Below the pieces are notes generated by a model, which was not told the DNA's origin, searched no databases, and worked only from the letters and a program-made list of their open reading frames with translations. Shown piece after piece: positions 18,793 to 27,689 of a stretch of DNA of 64,000 nucleotides. The stretch is taken from the NCBI GenBank assembly GCA_964384115.1, contig CAYLJU010000003.1, positions 7,375 through 71,374 of the forward strand. The letters are read 5' to 3'. Source of the DNA: an uncultured Muribaculaceae bacterium (GTDB lineage: Bacteria > Bacillota_I > Bacilli_A > RF39 > UBA660). Each line of letters opens with the position of its first letter. The first letter of the stretch is position 1. Made by a program: the position numbers and the translations under genes.

Positions 18793-19833
18793 ATGAAGAA
18801 GAATATTTTGTTTATTTTAATTTTAACTATCATTTTAGGTTTTGTTTGCATAATATATTTTGGTGATAGCGAAGTTCAAATGAAAAATAGTTTAAAAAAG
18901 ATTGGTTATAGCGATGAAGAATCTGAAAAAATACTTAATGTTTTTAGTGATGATATTAATTGTATATATGATAATTATATAAGTGATATTACTGGTTTAC
19001 TTAATCATAAAGACTTTAATTCAGAAAATAAATGTCTTTATATTAAATATATAAAGGATAATAACGTTAACGCAAGTGTTGCAATTGAAATGGTTAATGC
19101 TAGTCTTGAAAATTATGATTATAGTGATTATTTATATAATATTAAAAATGATTCTTATTTTTTATTAAGAAATACTGATAGATATATTGATTATTATAAA
19201 AAAAATATGCAATTAAGTACAAGAGAAATTGTATCTGCTGTTAATGCCAATATTGATTATGATTATTATACAAACATTAAGGTTTCTGAAAACCAAGATA
19301 GTTTACTTGTTATTGTTAATAAATATCATACTTTGGATTCATCATATGTACCACAAAATTTGGTTAATGTTTCTTATCCATATGGATATGGAAAAGTTGA
19401 TAAAACTTTGTATGAAAATTTTAAAAAAATGGCTGATGCTGCTAGAAGTGAAGGCTTGAATATTTATATTTCTTCTGGTTATAGAAGTTATGATTATCAA
19501 AAAGCTTTATATAATGGATATACCAAAATAGATCCTGTTAGTGTTGTTGATACTTATTCTGCAAGGCCTGGTCATTCTGAACATCAAACTGGTTTAGCAA
19601 TTGACTTGAATACTATTTCATCTTCTTTTGCTTATACTAATGAATTTAAGTGGCTTATGAACAATGCTTATAAATATGGTTTTATTTTAAGATATCCAAA
19701 AGATGATGTTAATTTGACTGGCTATATGTATGAACCTTGGCATTATAGATATGTTGGTAATGATGTTGCGGAATATATTTATAAAAACAATATTACTTTT
19801 GATGAGTATTATGAATATTTTTTAGCTAATTAG
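18793..19833 (+). CDS. VanY/M15-family zinc D,D-carboxypeptidase, membrane anchored
   Basis: N-terminal TM segment. SGYRSY, ARPGHSEHQTGLAIDL and EPWHYRY (H-x6-D ... H) zinc-binding motifs of peptidase M15. Confidence 0.75.
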   Translation: MKKNILFILILTIILGFVCIIYFGDSEVQMKNSLKKIGYSDEESEKILNVFSDDINCIYDNYISDITGLLNHKDFNSENKCLYIKYIKDNNVNASVAIEMVNASLENYDYSDYLYNIKNDSYFLLRNTDRYIDYYKKNMQLSTREIVSAVNANIDYDYYTNIKVSENQDSLLVIVNKYHTLDSSYVPQNLVNVSYPYGYGKVDKTLYENFKKMADAARSEGLNIYISSGYRSYDYQKALYNGYTKIDPVSVVDTYSARPGHSEHQTGLAIDLNTISSSFAYTNEFKWLMNNAYKYGFILRYPKDDVNLTGYMYEPWHYRYVGNDVAEYIYKNNITFDEYYEYFLAN

Positions 19834-20325
19834 TGATGCTATGTATATTGTTTGTTTATCATTTCCTTTACATGTTATTAAAACTAATATGTTGTTGTAA
19901 TTATATTTTTTTATTACTGCTTTTCCATTTTTTAAAATATCATATATGTTTACTATTTGGTAAACATATTTTTTTTGATTGTAATTTATAATAATTTTAT
20001 CTTTTAATTCTAATTTATATAGCTTATTAAAATAAGATACATTTGAATTTCCATTATGACTTGCAAGTATTATACAGCTATTTTCATTTTCTGGTAATGA
20101 TAGTGGTTTTAATAATTCAATTCCTATATTAACATTGTTTAATTCACTATCTAAATTATATACTTCTTTTTTTAAGTTTATTTTAGGTATTTCTATTTCA
20201 AATAAGTAATTTTCTTTATATTTTGTTTCTTTTGTATTATTAATAGATGTATTATTAACAAACTTATAACTTAACATATTTAATAATGTTATTATTAATA
20301 TAATTGATTTAATTATTTTTTTCAT
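19822..20325 (-). CDS. sortase (class B/pilus-type-like) with TLxTC-like active site LVLITC
   Basis: Signal/TM N-terminus, ILASHNG (His), VLITCKG (Cys). Lies directly downstream of the adhesin gene. Confidence 0.6.
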   Translation of the reverse strand: MKKIIKSIILIITLLNMLSYKFVNNTSINNTKETKYKENYLFEIEIPKINLKKEVYNLDSELNNVNIGIELLKPLSLPENENSCIILASHNGNSNVSYFNKLYKLELKDKIIINYNQKKYVYQIVNIYDILKNGKAVIKKYNYNNILVLITCKGNDKQTIYIASLIS

Positions 20326-22630
20326 ATTTTTTTAGTCCTATTATTAAAAATATAAAAAATGGTAAAATATTAAAGTTTTTATTTTTCATTGTATTTGGTA
20401 CTTCTATAATGAAATCATTTTCTATATATATTTCTTTTTTTTCTTCATTTTCTATAAAAAATTCAATTTTTTCGTTGTTATTTTTATAACCTTTACTTGC
20501 TACTTTTTCAATTAAAGTATATTGTCCTGTTGTTAAATTATCTATGATAATTTGGCCATTTTGATCTGTTACTTTAGTGTATATTAATTTATTATTTTTA
20601 TATATTTCAAATATTGTTTCTGATATACCTTTTTTTGTAATTGAATCTATTTTATTTATAATTAATTGATTTTTTTTTAAATAATTATTTAATGTTATTT
20701 CTTTTGTTACTACATTAGTTATTTCGTCAATATATAATAATTCTATAATATATATTTTTTCATCTAATATATAATTTTCATTTGTTTTTATTTCTTTTAT
20801 ATAATACTTACCTAATTCTAATTCATCAAATATAACTTTTCCTTCTTCATTTGTTATAAGTGTTTTTATTAAGTCATTTTTTTTATAAAGTATTTTATTA
20901 TTTATGATAATGTCAGAATATGCATAAAGTCCAATTGATACATTTTCTAATTTTTCTATTTTATATGTTAGTTCATCTTCTATTTGCTCTTTTTCCCCTA
21001 ATTTTAATACTTCTATTTTTCCTTTTACTCTTTTATTTTTAAATTCTACAATATATGTATCATTTTCTACTTTTTCATTTCCTATGAATATTTCTATTGT
21101 TTGATTATTCCATAGATACCCTTCTATTTTTTCTTTGACTTCTTCAATAAGTAAATTTCCTTTTAATTTTTCTTTGGTAATAACATATCCTTCTTTATTT
21201 GTTTGATATGTACATTCTTCATTTTCACATATGTATTTATTGGTATTTAAATCTTTAATTTTAAATTTTATACCTTCTTTTGTAATTACTTCTTTTGTTT
21301 CATCATCTATTTTTATAATTTTTATGTAAGCATTTATTTCTTCATCTATTAATTCATAATTTATTTCGTCTGTTTTAGTAATATTTATTTCAATATCAGG
21401 TACTTTTAAATATCCTTTTTTAGTATTTACTTGCTTGATTATATATTTACCATATGGTAAATAAATTGTAGCTTGTCCATTAATATCTGTTGTTATTGTT
21501 TCTATTTTTATATTATTTTGATAAATGTCAAACTTGGTATTTTCTTCAGCAAATAGTTCTTTTTTGGAATTACCATATAATTTATGGATTGTAATTTTAC
21601 TTTCAATTATGTTTTCAATTAAATTTATTGTACAATTTATATTATTTTTATTTATTTCAAAATAATGTTTATTTTGATCTAATTCATATCCTACTGGATT
21701 ATGGATTTCTTTTAAATAATATTTTCCTTTACTTATTTCACTTTTAGCTTTACCTTCTCCGTTTGTTTGTAATGTTAATACTAATTCATCATCTATATTA
21801 TATACACCATATATAGCTCCATCTAAACTATAATTTGTTTCTTTATTTGGTGTTTTAATTAATTCTATTTGTCCTATTAATGGTTTAACTTTTATTTCTA
21901 TTTTATCTTGTTCATCAAGCGTTAATAGTGCCATCATTTGCGATTTTTGATTGTTTCCTTCATAAAATACGGATATTTTATTATCGTATTTTTTTCTTTT
22001 TAATATAATTTTACTTTCATCTTTGTTTAATATTTTAACTATTAATTTATTATCTTTGATTTCTACTTTATTTTTGCCATCTGTTTCTATTTCATATTCA
22101 TTTAAAATGTTATTTAAATCCTCTAATATTATTTCTTCGTTTATATAATCTTCGATATAATTTATTTTAAAATTTGGTTTTATTTTATGGTTTTCTATTA
22201 ATTTTAAAATGTTATTTTTCTCATTTTCGATATTTATATATTCGCCATATCCATATTGTTTTGTATAAAATTCATTTATTTGACCTCCTATTAGTGACCA
22301 TATTAGTGATTGGGTTGCCATACGATATTTTTCTGCTTCATGTCCTGGATAATTATATCCGTAATAACCTATTAATTTTATTTTTTCTATTATTTCTTCA
22401 TTATATGGTAATTTATCCATTTCTTTATATTCGGTTGTTGTAATTTCCATACCTGGTTCAATGCAATAGGCTACTATTCCATCCATACTGTAATGTTTAT
22501 ATTTTTCTGAAAAATATGGTTTTCCTCCTCCTCTTCTTACAAGATATACGTCTGTTTCTTCTACTAATAAACTAGCTTTAACATTATATATTGTTAATAT
22601 CATGATTATTATTATAATTTTTTTTATCAT
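20309..22630 (-). CDS. surface adhesin: N-terminal thioester domain (Cys in AYCIEP, Gln in TQSLIW) followed by several CnaB/SpaA-type isopeptide domains and a C-terminal sorting-signal-like tail
   Basis: Signal peptide present. TQxxIW and YC[IV]E motifs match thioester domains. Three copies of the TDxNGQ..I..L..G.Y...E.....GY CnaB-type motif. The C-terminus is VPNTM, then a hydrophobic stretch, then KKYEKNN. Confidence 0.6.
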   Translation of the reverse strand: MIKKIIIIIMILTIYNVKASLLVEETDVYLVRRGGGKPYFSEKYKHYSMDGIVAYCIEPGMEITTTEYKEMDKLPYNEEIIEKIKLIGYYGYNYPGHEAEKYRMATQSLIWSLIGGQINEFYTKQYGYGEYINIENEKNNILKLIENHKIKPNFKINYIEDYINEEIILEDLNNILNEYEIETDGKNKVEIKDNKLIVKILNKDESKIILKRKKYDNKISVFYEGNNQKSQMMALLTLDEQDKIEIKVKPLIGQIELIKTPNKETNYSLDGAIYGVYNIDDELVLTLQTNGEGKAKSEISKGKYYLKEIHNPVGYELDQNKHYFEINKNNINCTINLIENIIESKITIHKLYGNSKKELFAEENTKFDIYQNNIKIETITTDINGQATIYLPYGKYIIKQVNTKKGYLKVPDIEINITKTDEINYELIDEEINAYIKIIKIDDETKEVITKEGIKFKIKDLNTNKYICENEECTYQTNKEGYVITKEKLKGNLLIEEVKEKIEGYLWNNQTIEIFIGNEKVENDTYIVEFKNKRVKGKIEVLKLGEKEQIEDELTYKIEKLENVSIGLYAYSDIIINNKILYKKNDLIKTLITNEEGKVIFDELELGKYYIKEIKTNENYILDEKIYIIELLYIDEITNVVTKEITLNNYLKKNQLIINKIDSITKKGISETIFEIYKNNKLIYTKVTDQNGQIIIDNLTTGQYTLIEKVASKGYKNNNEKIEFFIENEEKKEIYIENDFIIEVPNTMKNKNFNILPFFIFLIIGLKKYEKNN

Positions 22631-22697
22631 TTTTCCCTCCCAATTATACTATACGATTTTTTTATTCAAAATACTTTTTTGTATAAAAAAAAGAGTC

Positions 22698-23378
22698 TTA
22701 TAGATTCTTTAGCTTTTCATTTATTCTGTTTTTTAATTCTAATAAATATTCTTTTCTGTTTTTTAAATTTGGAAATGCATTTACTAACCTTCTGTATAAA
22801 ATTCCTTTTGATAAAAATATTTCTTTTACTTTTTTACTTATTTGTTCGGTTGCATCTTTTTCGGTTTTTTTTAATGTATCTTTAAATTTAAAGATAATTT
22901 TAAATGATATAATAAAGTCGGTTATAAATACTGCCAATAATATATATGCTACAATATTTAATGTTTTTACTGGAATTTTATTTAAAATATTAACTATGAA
23001 TGGGTTTACAAAGTATACTACTAGTAATCCTAGTATTCCAAAGGGAATCATTGTTTCTAGACATATTCTTCCATTTAAATTAAATTTTTTATCTGAGTAG
23101 TCCCACCATCTTGCTTTGAATATTTTTTCCATGATTAAGCTTGTCATATATTCAATTATTGAGCATATAATAATTGCCATAAAGAATAATATAACTGGAT
23201 TATTTTTATAATTATCTAATAATATTATTAAACATATGCATCCTGTTCCGTATATTGGGCACCATGGTCCAATCATGAATCCTCTGTTTGTAAATTTCTT
23301 TTTTTCTACTAATGAAAATATTACTTCCATTGTCCATCCTATCATTGAGTAGATTATAAATAAAATAAATAGTTTCAT
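22698..23378 (-). CDS. polytopic membrane protein, possibly CmpB-like putative ABC-transporter type IV family
   Basis: GW..E and GPWCPIYG motifs near the N-terminus and multiple TM helices. The family assignment is from memory. Confidence 0.35.
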   Translation of the reverse strand: MKLFILFIIYSMIGWTMEVIFSLVEKKKFTNRGFMIGPWCPIYGTGCICLIILLDNYKNNPVILFFMAIIICSIIEYMTSLIMEKIFKARWWDYSDKKFNLNGRICLETMIPFGILGLLVVYFVNPFIVNILNKIPVKTLNIVAYILLAVFITDFIISFKIIFKFKDTLKKTEKDATEQISKKVKEIFLSKGILYRRLVNAFPNLKNRKEYLLELKNRINEKLKNL

Positions 23379-23424
23379 ATCATACCTCCTAAAATAAAAG
23401 GACTTTTAAAGTCCTTTGAACATA

Positions 23425-23973
23425 TTATTCTCCTAAAATTTTTTTTATATCATTTACATGTTTTTTGAATATTATCATATTTGTTAGTACGGATATTGAA
23501 TAGATAATTAATACTATGCCCATGTATAATGTAAGCGCGAGTGCGCTATTGGATGGATAGATTATCATAAGGCATCCACATATGCATGCTAATAATGATA
23601 AAATAAATCCCCACATTAGTTTTTTATTAATTTTCATTAATTTTAATGATATTTGCATATTAAAAATTTCGTTTAAAATAATATATGTTCCTATAACTAT
23701 TGGCACAATTATTTTTATTATATCAGTGTGTAATAATAATACTGATCCTAAAATAATAAATAATACTCCAAGGGAAATAAACTGAGTATATAATATTCTT
23801 GTTTTATAATCAAGTACTAATATTAACCCAAATATTAGCAGTGTTAGTGCTAGTAATATTGATATAACTTTTAGTGAAATATTTGGTAATAGTATTATTA
23901 ATATACCGATTACTAAAAGTAGTAGTGAAAATATTATTGTCATCCAAAATAGTTTATTTATTTTTTTTAACAT
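23425..23973 (-). CDS. hypothetical membrane protein (5-6 TM, HdeD/DUF308-like topology)
   Basis: 182 aa consisting almost entirely of short hydrophobic helices. Confidence 0.35.
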   Translation of the reverse strand: MLKKINKLFWMTIIFSLLLLVIGILIILLPNISLKVISILLALTLLIFGLILVLDYKTRILYTQFISLGVLFIILGSVLLLHTDIIKIIVPIVIGTYIILNEIFNMQISLKLMKINKKLMWGFILSLLACICGCLMIIYPSNSALALTLYMGIVLIIYSISVLTNMIIFKKHVNDIKKILGE

Positions 23974-24069
23974 TTAAATCATCCTCCACATATATTTTGT
24001 ACCAACATAATAATTTTAACATGTTTGTGTATTTTTATGAATAGTTATTGAATAATTGATGCCTAATTT

Positions 24070-24636
24070 TTAGGCATTTTGTTTTTTTTGTCTATCATAA
24101 TTTTTAATTACACCGGCAAAAGATAGTTCTAGAATTTTTAACATTTTGTTTATTACTTCTATTGGTTCACTTTTCATTCCACTTTTTAACCAGTAGTATA
24201 TACAATTTGATATAGCACCTGCAAAAAATTTAATGATTAGTTTTTCATCATTAGGATCTAGAATTATTTCTTGATATTTTATATTTTTATAATTTCTTAT
24301 TAATTCTTCTATTGTTATATATATGTATTTTTCAAATGTTTTACATATTTTTGAATTATAAAGATTAGATATTGCTTTCTTATTTTCGGTTATATATTTT
24401 GTTGATTTAGCAAAAGTACTTTTTTCTGTATTTTTACAAATATTTATAATTTCATTAGATTTATTTTTTAATAATTTATCTACTAAATCAAATATATCTT
24501 CATAATGATAATAGAATGTATTTCTATTTATTTTGCATTTTTCAGTTATTTCTTTTATTGTTATTTTATCAAATGATTTTTCGTCTAATATTTCTATAAA
24601 TGTTTTCATTATTTCTTTTTTTGTTAATTCTACCAT
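24070..24636 (-). CDS. TetR-family transcriptional regulator
   Basis: N-terminal TetR HTH (FDKITIKEITEKCKINRNTFYYHYEDIFDL). 188 aa. Confidence 0.75.
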   Translation of the reverse strand: MVELTKKEIMKTFIEILDEKSFDKITIKEITEKCKINRNTFYYHYEDIFDLVDKLLKNKSNEIINICKNTEKSTFAKSTKYITENKKAISNLYNSKICKTFEKYIYITIEELIRNYKNIKYQEIILDPNDEKLIIKFFAGAISNCIYYWLKSGMKSEPIEVINKMLKILELSFAGVIKNYDRQKKQNA

Positions 24637-24648
24637 ATTTCCTCTTTT

Positions 24649-25569
24649 TTACTTAAACATCTGTCTAATTGCTTTAGTATATATTTTTTTGATAATTTTT
24701 GCGCAATTAATATTTTCTTTTAGTAAATTTTTTGTCATAATACCACTATTTATTTCTAATACCATATATTCATTATCAGTTGTTTTTATTATGTCAACGC
24801 TACAAAATCCAAGTTCTAAATTTTTTACTATTTTATTAATTATTTTCATTAAATTATTTTTTTCTGTTTTATCAATTTTAAAATTTGCTTTTGCTCCTTG
24901 TGATAGATTAAATTTCCAATTATATGTATATTCTTCATCTTTTTTTAATATTTTATTTAATTCTATACCGTTTATATTTTTAAAATATTGATAGTTAAAT
25001 TCTTCTAGTAACTGTTTGATTGTTGATTTTCCATTACCTATTACTTTTGGTAGTTCTTTTTTATATATTAGTTCTACTTTATTATTTAATACTATTACTC
25101 GATATTCATTGATTATTTTATAGAATGGGCATATACTTAATGATTTTTCACTTTTATTGTTATCATAATATTCTTTTAATTCTTCTATACTTTTTATTCT
25201 ATTTACATTTTTTCCACATGTTCCAGTATTTTCTTTGATAACAATATCTTGATTATATTTATTAAATATTTCTATGTAATAGTTTAATGTATTATATTTT
25301 TGAGCATATGTGCTTTTATTTATTTTGCTATAGGCAATACTGTGTTCACATACAGGTACATCAGATAATTTTAATATTTCATATGTTCCATATTTATCAT
25401 CTAATATTTTGCCTAAGGCATGATTATTGATATCAAATTTATGTCCTACAATAAATTTTTTTTTACTCTTTTTTTGTAATACTATAATCCATCCTTCAGA
25501 TAATATATCTATTTTTATATTATTTTCTTTACATATATTTTTTATTATTTCATGAAATTCTGTATTCAT
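24649..25569 (-). CDS. ATP-grasp fold protein, YheC/YheD-like (spore-coat-associated ATP-grasp family)
   Basis: C-terminal SVDII...VLEINSGIM block (ATP-grasp E-x-N motif). 306 aa. Adjacent to a CotD-like gene. Confidence 0.55.
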   Translation of the reverse strand: MNTEFHEIIKNICKENNIKIDILSEGWIIVLQKKSKKKFIVGHKFDINNHALGKILDDKYGTYEILKLSDVPVCEHSIAYSKINKSTYAQKYNTLNYYIEIFNKYNQDIVIKENTGTCGKNVNRIKSIEELKEYYDNNKSEKSLSICPFYKIINEYRVIVLNNKVELIYKKELPKVIGNGKSTIKQLLEEFNYQYFKNINGIELNKILKKDEEYTYNWKFNLSQGAKANFKIDKTEKNNLMKIINKIVKNLELGFCSVDIIKTTDNEYMVLEINSGIMTKNLLKENINCAKIIKKIYTKAIRQMFK

Positions 25570-25643
25570 TTTTTCACCTGTTAATAACTATATCATATTT
25601 TTGTTTTTTAGACAAATTAAAAGGCTCTCTTTGGAGCCTTTAT

Positions 25644-25910
25644 TTAAAATCCACTACATTTATTGCACTCATTATTGATTACAACATTTTCTTCTGAGCA
25701 TGTATATTCTGGTCTATATGTATGATTATATATGTGTTTATTGACTACGTGTGTATGTATTGGGCATACATGTGGTACTTCATGATAGAATTCCTTTTCA
25801 ACACATTTTGTAATTGTAGGTTCAATTACTTCATTTTGGCGACAAGGATCCATGTTTTGATTGCATCCATTAGCGCAATTGGGGCATCTTCTTCCAAAAC
25901 CAAAAAACAT
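25644..25910 (-). CDS. Cys/His-rich small protein, CotD-like inner spore coat protein candidate
   Basis: 88 aa with 10 Cys and an H-x-V-P-H-V-x-P-x-H-x-H-V-V-N-x-H-x-Y-x-H pattern resembling CotD-type coat proteins. Strong AGGAGG RBS. Confidence 0.45.
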   Translation of the reverse strand: MFFGFGRRCPNCANGCNQNMDPCRQNEVIEPTITKCVEKEFYHEVPHVCPIHTHVVNKHIYNHTYRPEYTCSEENVVINNECNKCSGF

Positions 25911-25975
25911 AAAAAACCTCCTAACTACTTTATAATATGAGGTTTTTTATTTTTTGAATAAGCAATTAAACTATT

Positions 25976-26326
25976 TCACTTTTGTTTATATTCTATTTTT
26001 ATCCATTTCATTATAATATCAACAATATAATCAATTTCTTTATCAGATAATATTTTGTTTTTATCTATATGATGCCATTTTTCTAAACATCCACGACAGC
26101 ATGTAGCAGTTGCATGCTGGGCTTTAAATACTGGATGACCATGCGTTGGTGTTTGTTTGCCATCATTAATTTTAGTTATATCTTTTAATCTTTTATTTAT
26201 AAAATCATATGCATGTTCTTTTATTTTATCTAATCCTTTTTCATCAATATAAGATATATCTTTTTTATTTAGATGAAAACTTGTTCTGAATTTAGATTTA
26301 GATAATTTATATAATATATTTTCCAT
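25976..26326 (-). CDS. DUF4186-family protein
   Basis: HGHPVFKAQHATATCCRGCLEKWH signature. Confidence 0.55.
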   Translation of the reverse strand: MENILYKLSKSKFRTSFHLNKKDISYIDEKGLDKIKEHAYDFINKRLKDITKINDGKQTPTHGHPVFKAQHATATCCRGCLEKWHHIDKNKILSDKEIDYIVDIIMKWIKIEYKQK

Positions 26327-26327
26327 A

Positions 26328-27635
26328 TTAAAATGGGAACTTCATATTGCCGTTTTGAAGTCTTTTCATCATTTCTTTCATTTGTTCAAATTGTTTTAAA
26401 AGTCTATTTACTTCTTCTACTGTTCTTCCTGATCCTTTTGCTATACGCATTTTACGACTAGCTTTTAAAACTTCTGGATGTTTTCTTTCATATGGTGTCA
26501 TTGATTTTATTATTGCTTCAATATGAGCCATATCTTTTGGATTTATTTGAACATTATTTAAACCCATTTTAGATGCTCCTGGAATTAATTTTAGTAAGTT
26601 TTCAAGTGGTCCTAGTTTTTTTATTTGTTCTAATTGCTTTAAAAAATCTTCTAAATCAAATTTACCTTTTTGCATTTTTTTTGCTAATTCTTCTGCTTCT
26701 TTTTCATCTATAATTGATTCTGCTTTTTCAACCATAGACATTAAATCGCCCATGTCAAGGATTCTACTTGCCATACGATCAGGATAGAATTCTTCTAATC
26801 CGTCTAGTCTTTCACTTGTTCCTATGAATTTTATTGGAATATTTGTTAAATGTCTAACTGATAATGCAACTCCACCTTTAGCACTTCCATCTAGTTTTGT
26901 TAAAATAGATCCTGTTAGTTTTAATTTTTCATTAAATCCATTTATGACATTAATTGCATCTTGACCAATCATACTATCTAGTACTAGTAATATTTCATCT
27001 GGGTTTAATGCTTCTTCAATGTTTTTTAGTTCATTCATTAGTTCTTCATCAATATGTAAGCGTCCTGCTGTATCTATTAATACATAATCATAATTATTTT
27101 CTTTGGCATATCTAACAGCATTTTTACTAATTTCAACAGGATTATTTTTTCCTTCTTCATAAACTTCTATATTAAGTTCTTTACCTAATTGTTTTAACTG
27201 GTCTATTGCTGCTGGCCTATAAATATCACATGCTACTAATAATGGTTTTTTCTTATATTTTTTTCTTAGTAAATTAGCTAATTTCCCTATTGTTGTTGTT
27301 TTTCCTGATCCTTGTAAACCAACTAGCATTAATATTGTCGGATTTCCATTTAATTTTAAGTCTTCTTTATTTCCACCTAATAATTCGACTAGTTCATCTT
27401 TTAATATTTTTACAAATACTTCCCCTGGATTTAATGATTTTGCGACTTCTTCACCTAAGGCTTTTGTTTTTACGTCATCAATAAATTCTTTAACAACTTT
27501 ATAGTTAACATCTGCTTCTAAAAGGGCAAGGCGTATTTCTCTTGTTACTTCACTTATATTTTCTTCAGTTATTTTTCCATATCCTTTTATTTTTTTTATT
27601 GCATTTTGTAGTCTTTCTCCTAATGTTTCAAACAT
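26328..27635 (-). CDS. ffh: signal recognition particle protein Ffh
   Basis: N and G domains (GLQGSGKTTT, DTAGR) plus a Met-rich M-domain. 435 aa. Confidence 0.9.
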   Translation of the reverse strand: MFETLGERLQNAIKKIKGYGKITEENISEVTREIRLALLEADVNYKVVKEFIDDVKTKALGEEVAKSLNPGEVFVKILKDELVELLGGNKEDLKLNGNPTILMLVGLQGSGKTTTIGKLANLLRKKYKKKPLLVACDIYRPAAIDQLKQLGKELNIEVYEEGKNNPVEISKNAVRYAKENNYDYVLIDTAGRLHIDEELMNELKNIEEALNPDEILLVLDSMIGQDAINVINGFNEKLKLTGSILTKLDGSAKGGVALSVRHLTNIPIKFIGTSERLDGLEEFYPDRMASRILDMGDLMSMVEKAESIIDEKEAEELAKKMQKGKFDLEDFLKQLEQIKKLGPLENLLKLIPGASKMGLNNVQINPKDMAHIEAIIKSMTPYERKHPEVLKASRKMRIAKGSGRTVEEVNRLLKQFEQMKEMMKRLQNGNMKFPF

Positions 27636-27689
27636 TTAATATCACCCTCTTTTTAATTTTAGCAAATAATTAAAGAAAAATAAAGCATT

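Noticed and set aside
24649-25910. Graspetide-type RiPP cluster (precursor peptide + ATP-grasp ligase).
   Set aside because: The small protein is Cys/His-rich with a CotD-like motif. It lacks the Thr/Ser-Asp/Glu core repeats of graspetide precursors. A spore-coat protein plus YheC/D-like ATP-grasp protein explains the pair better.
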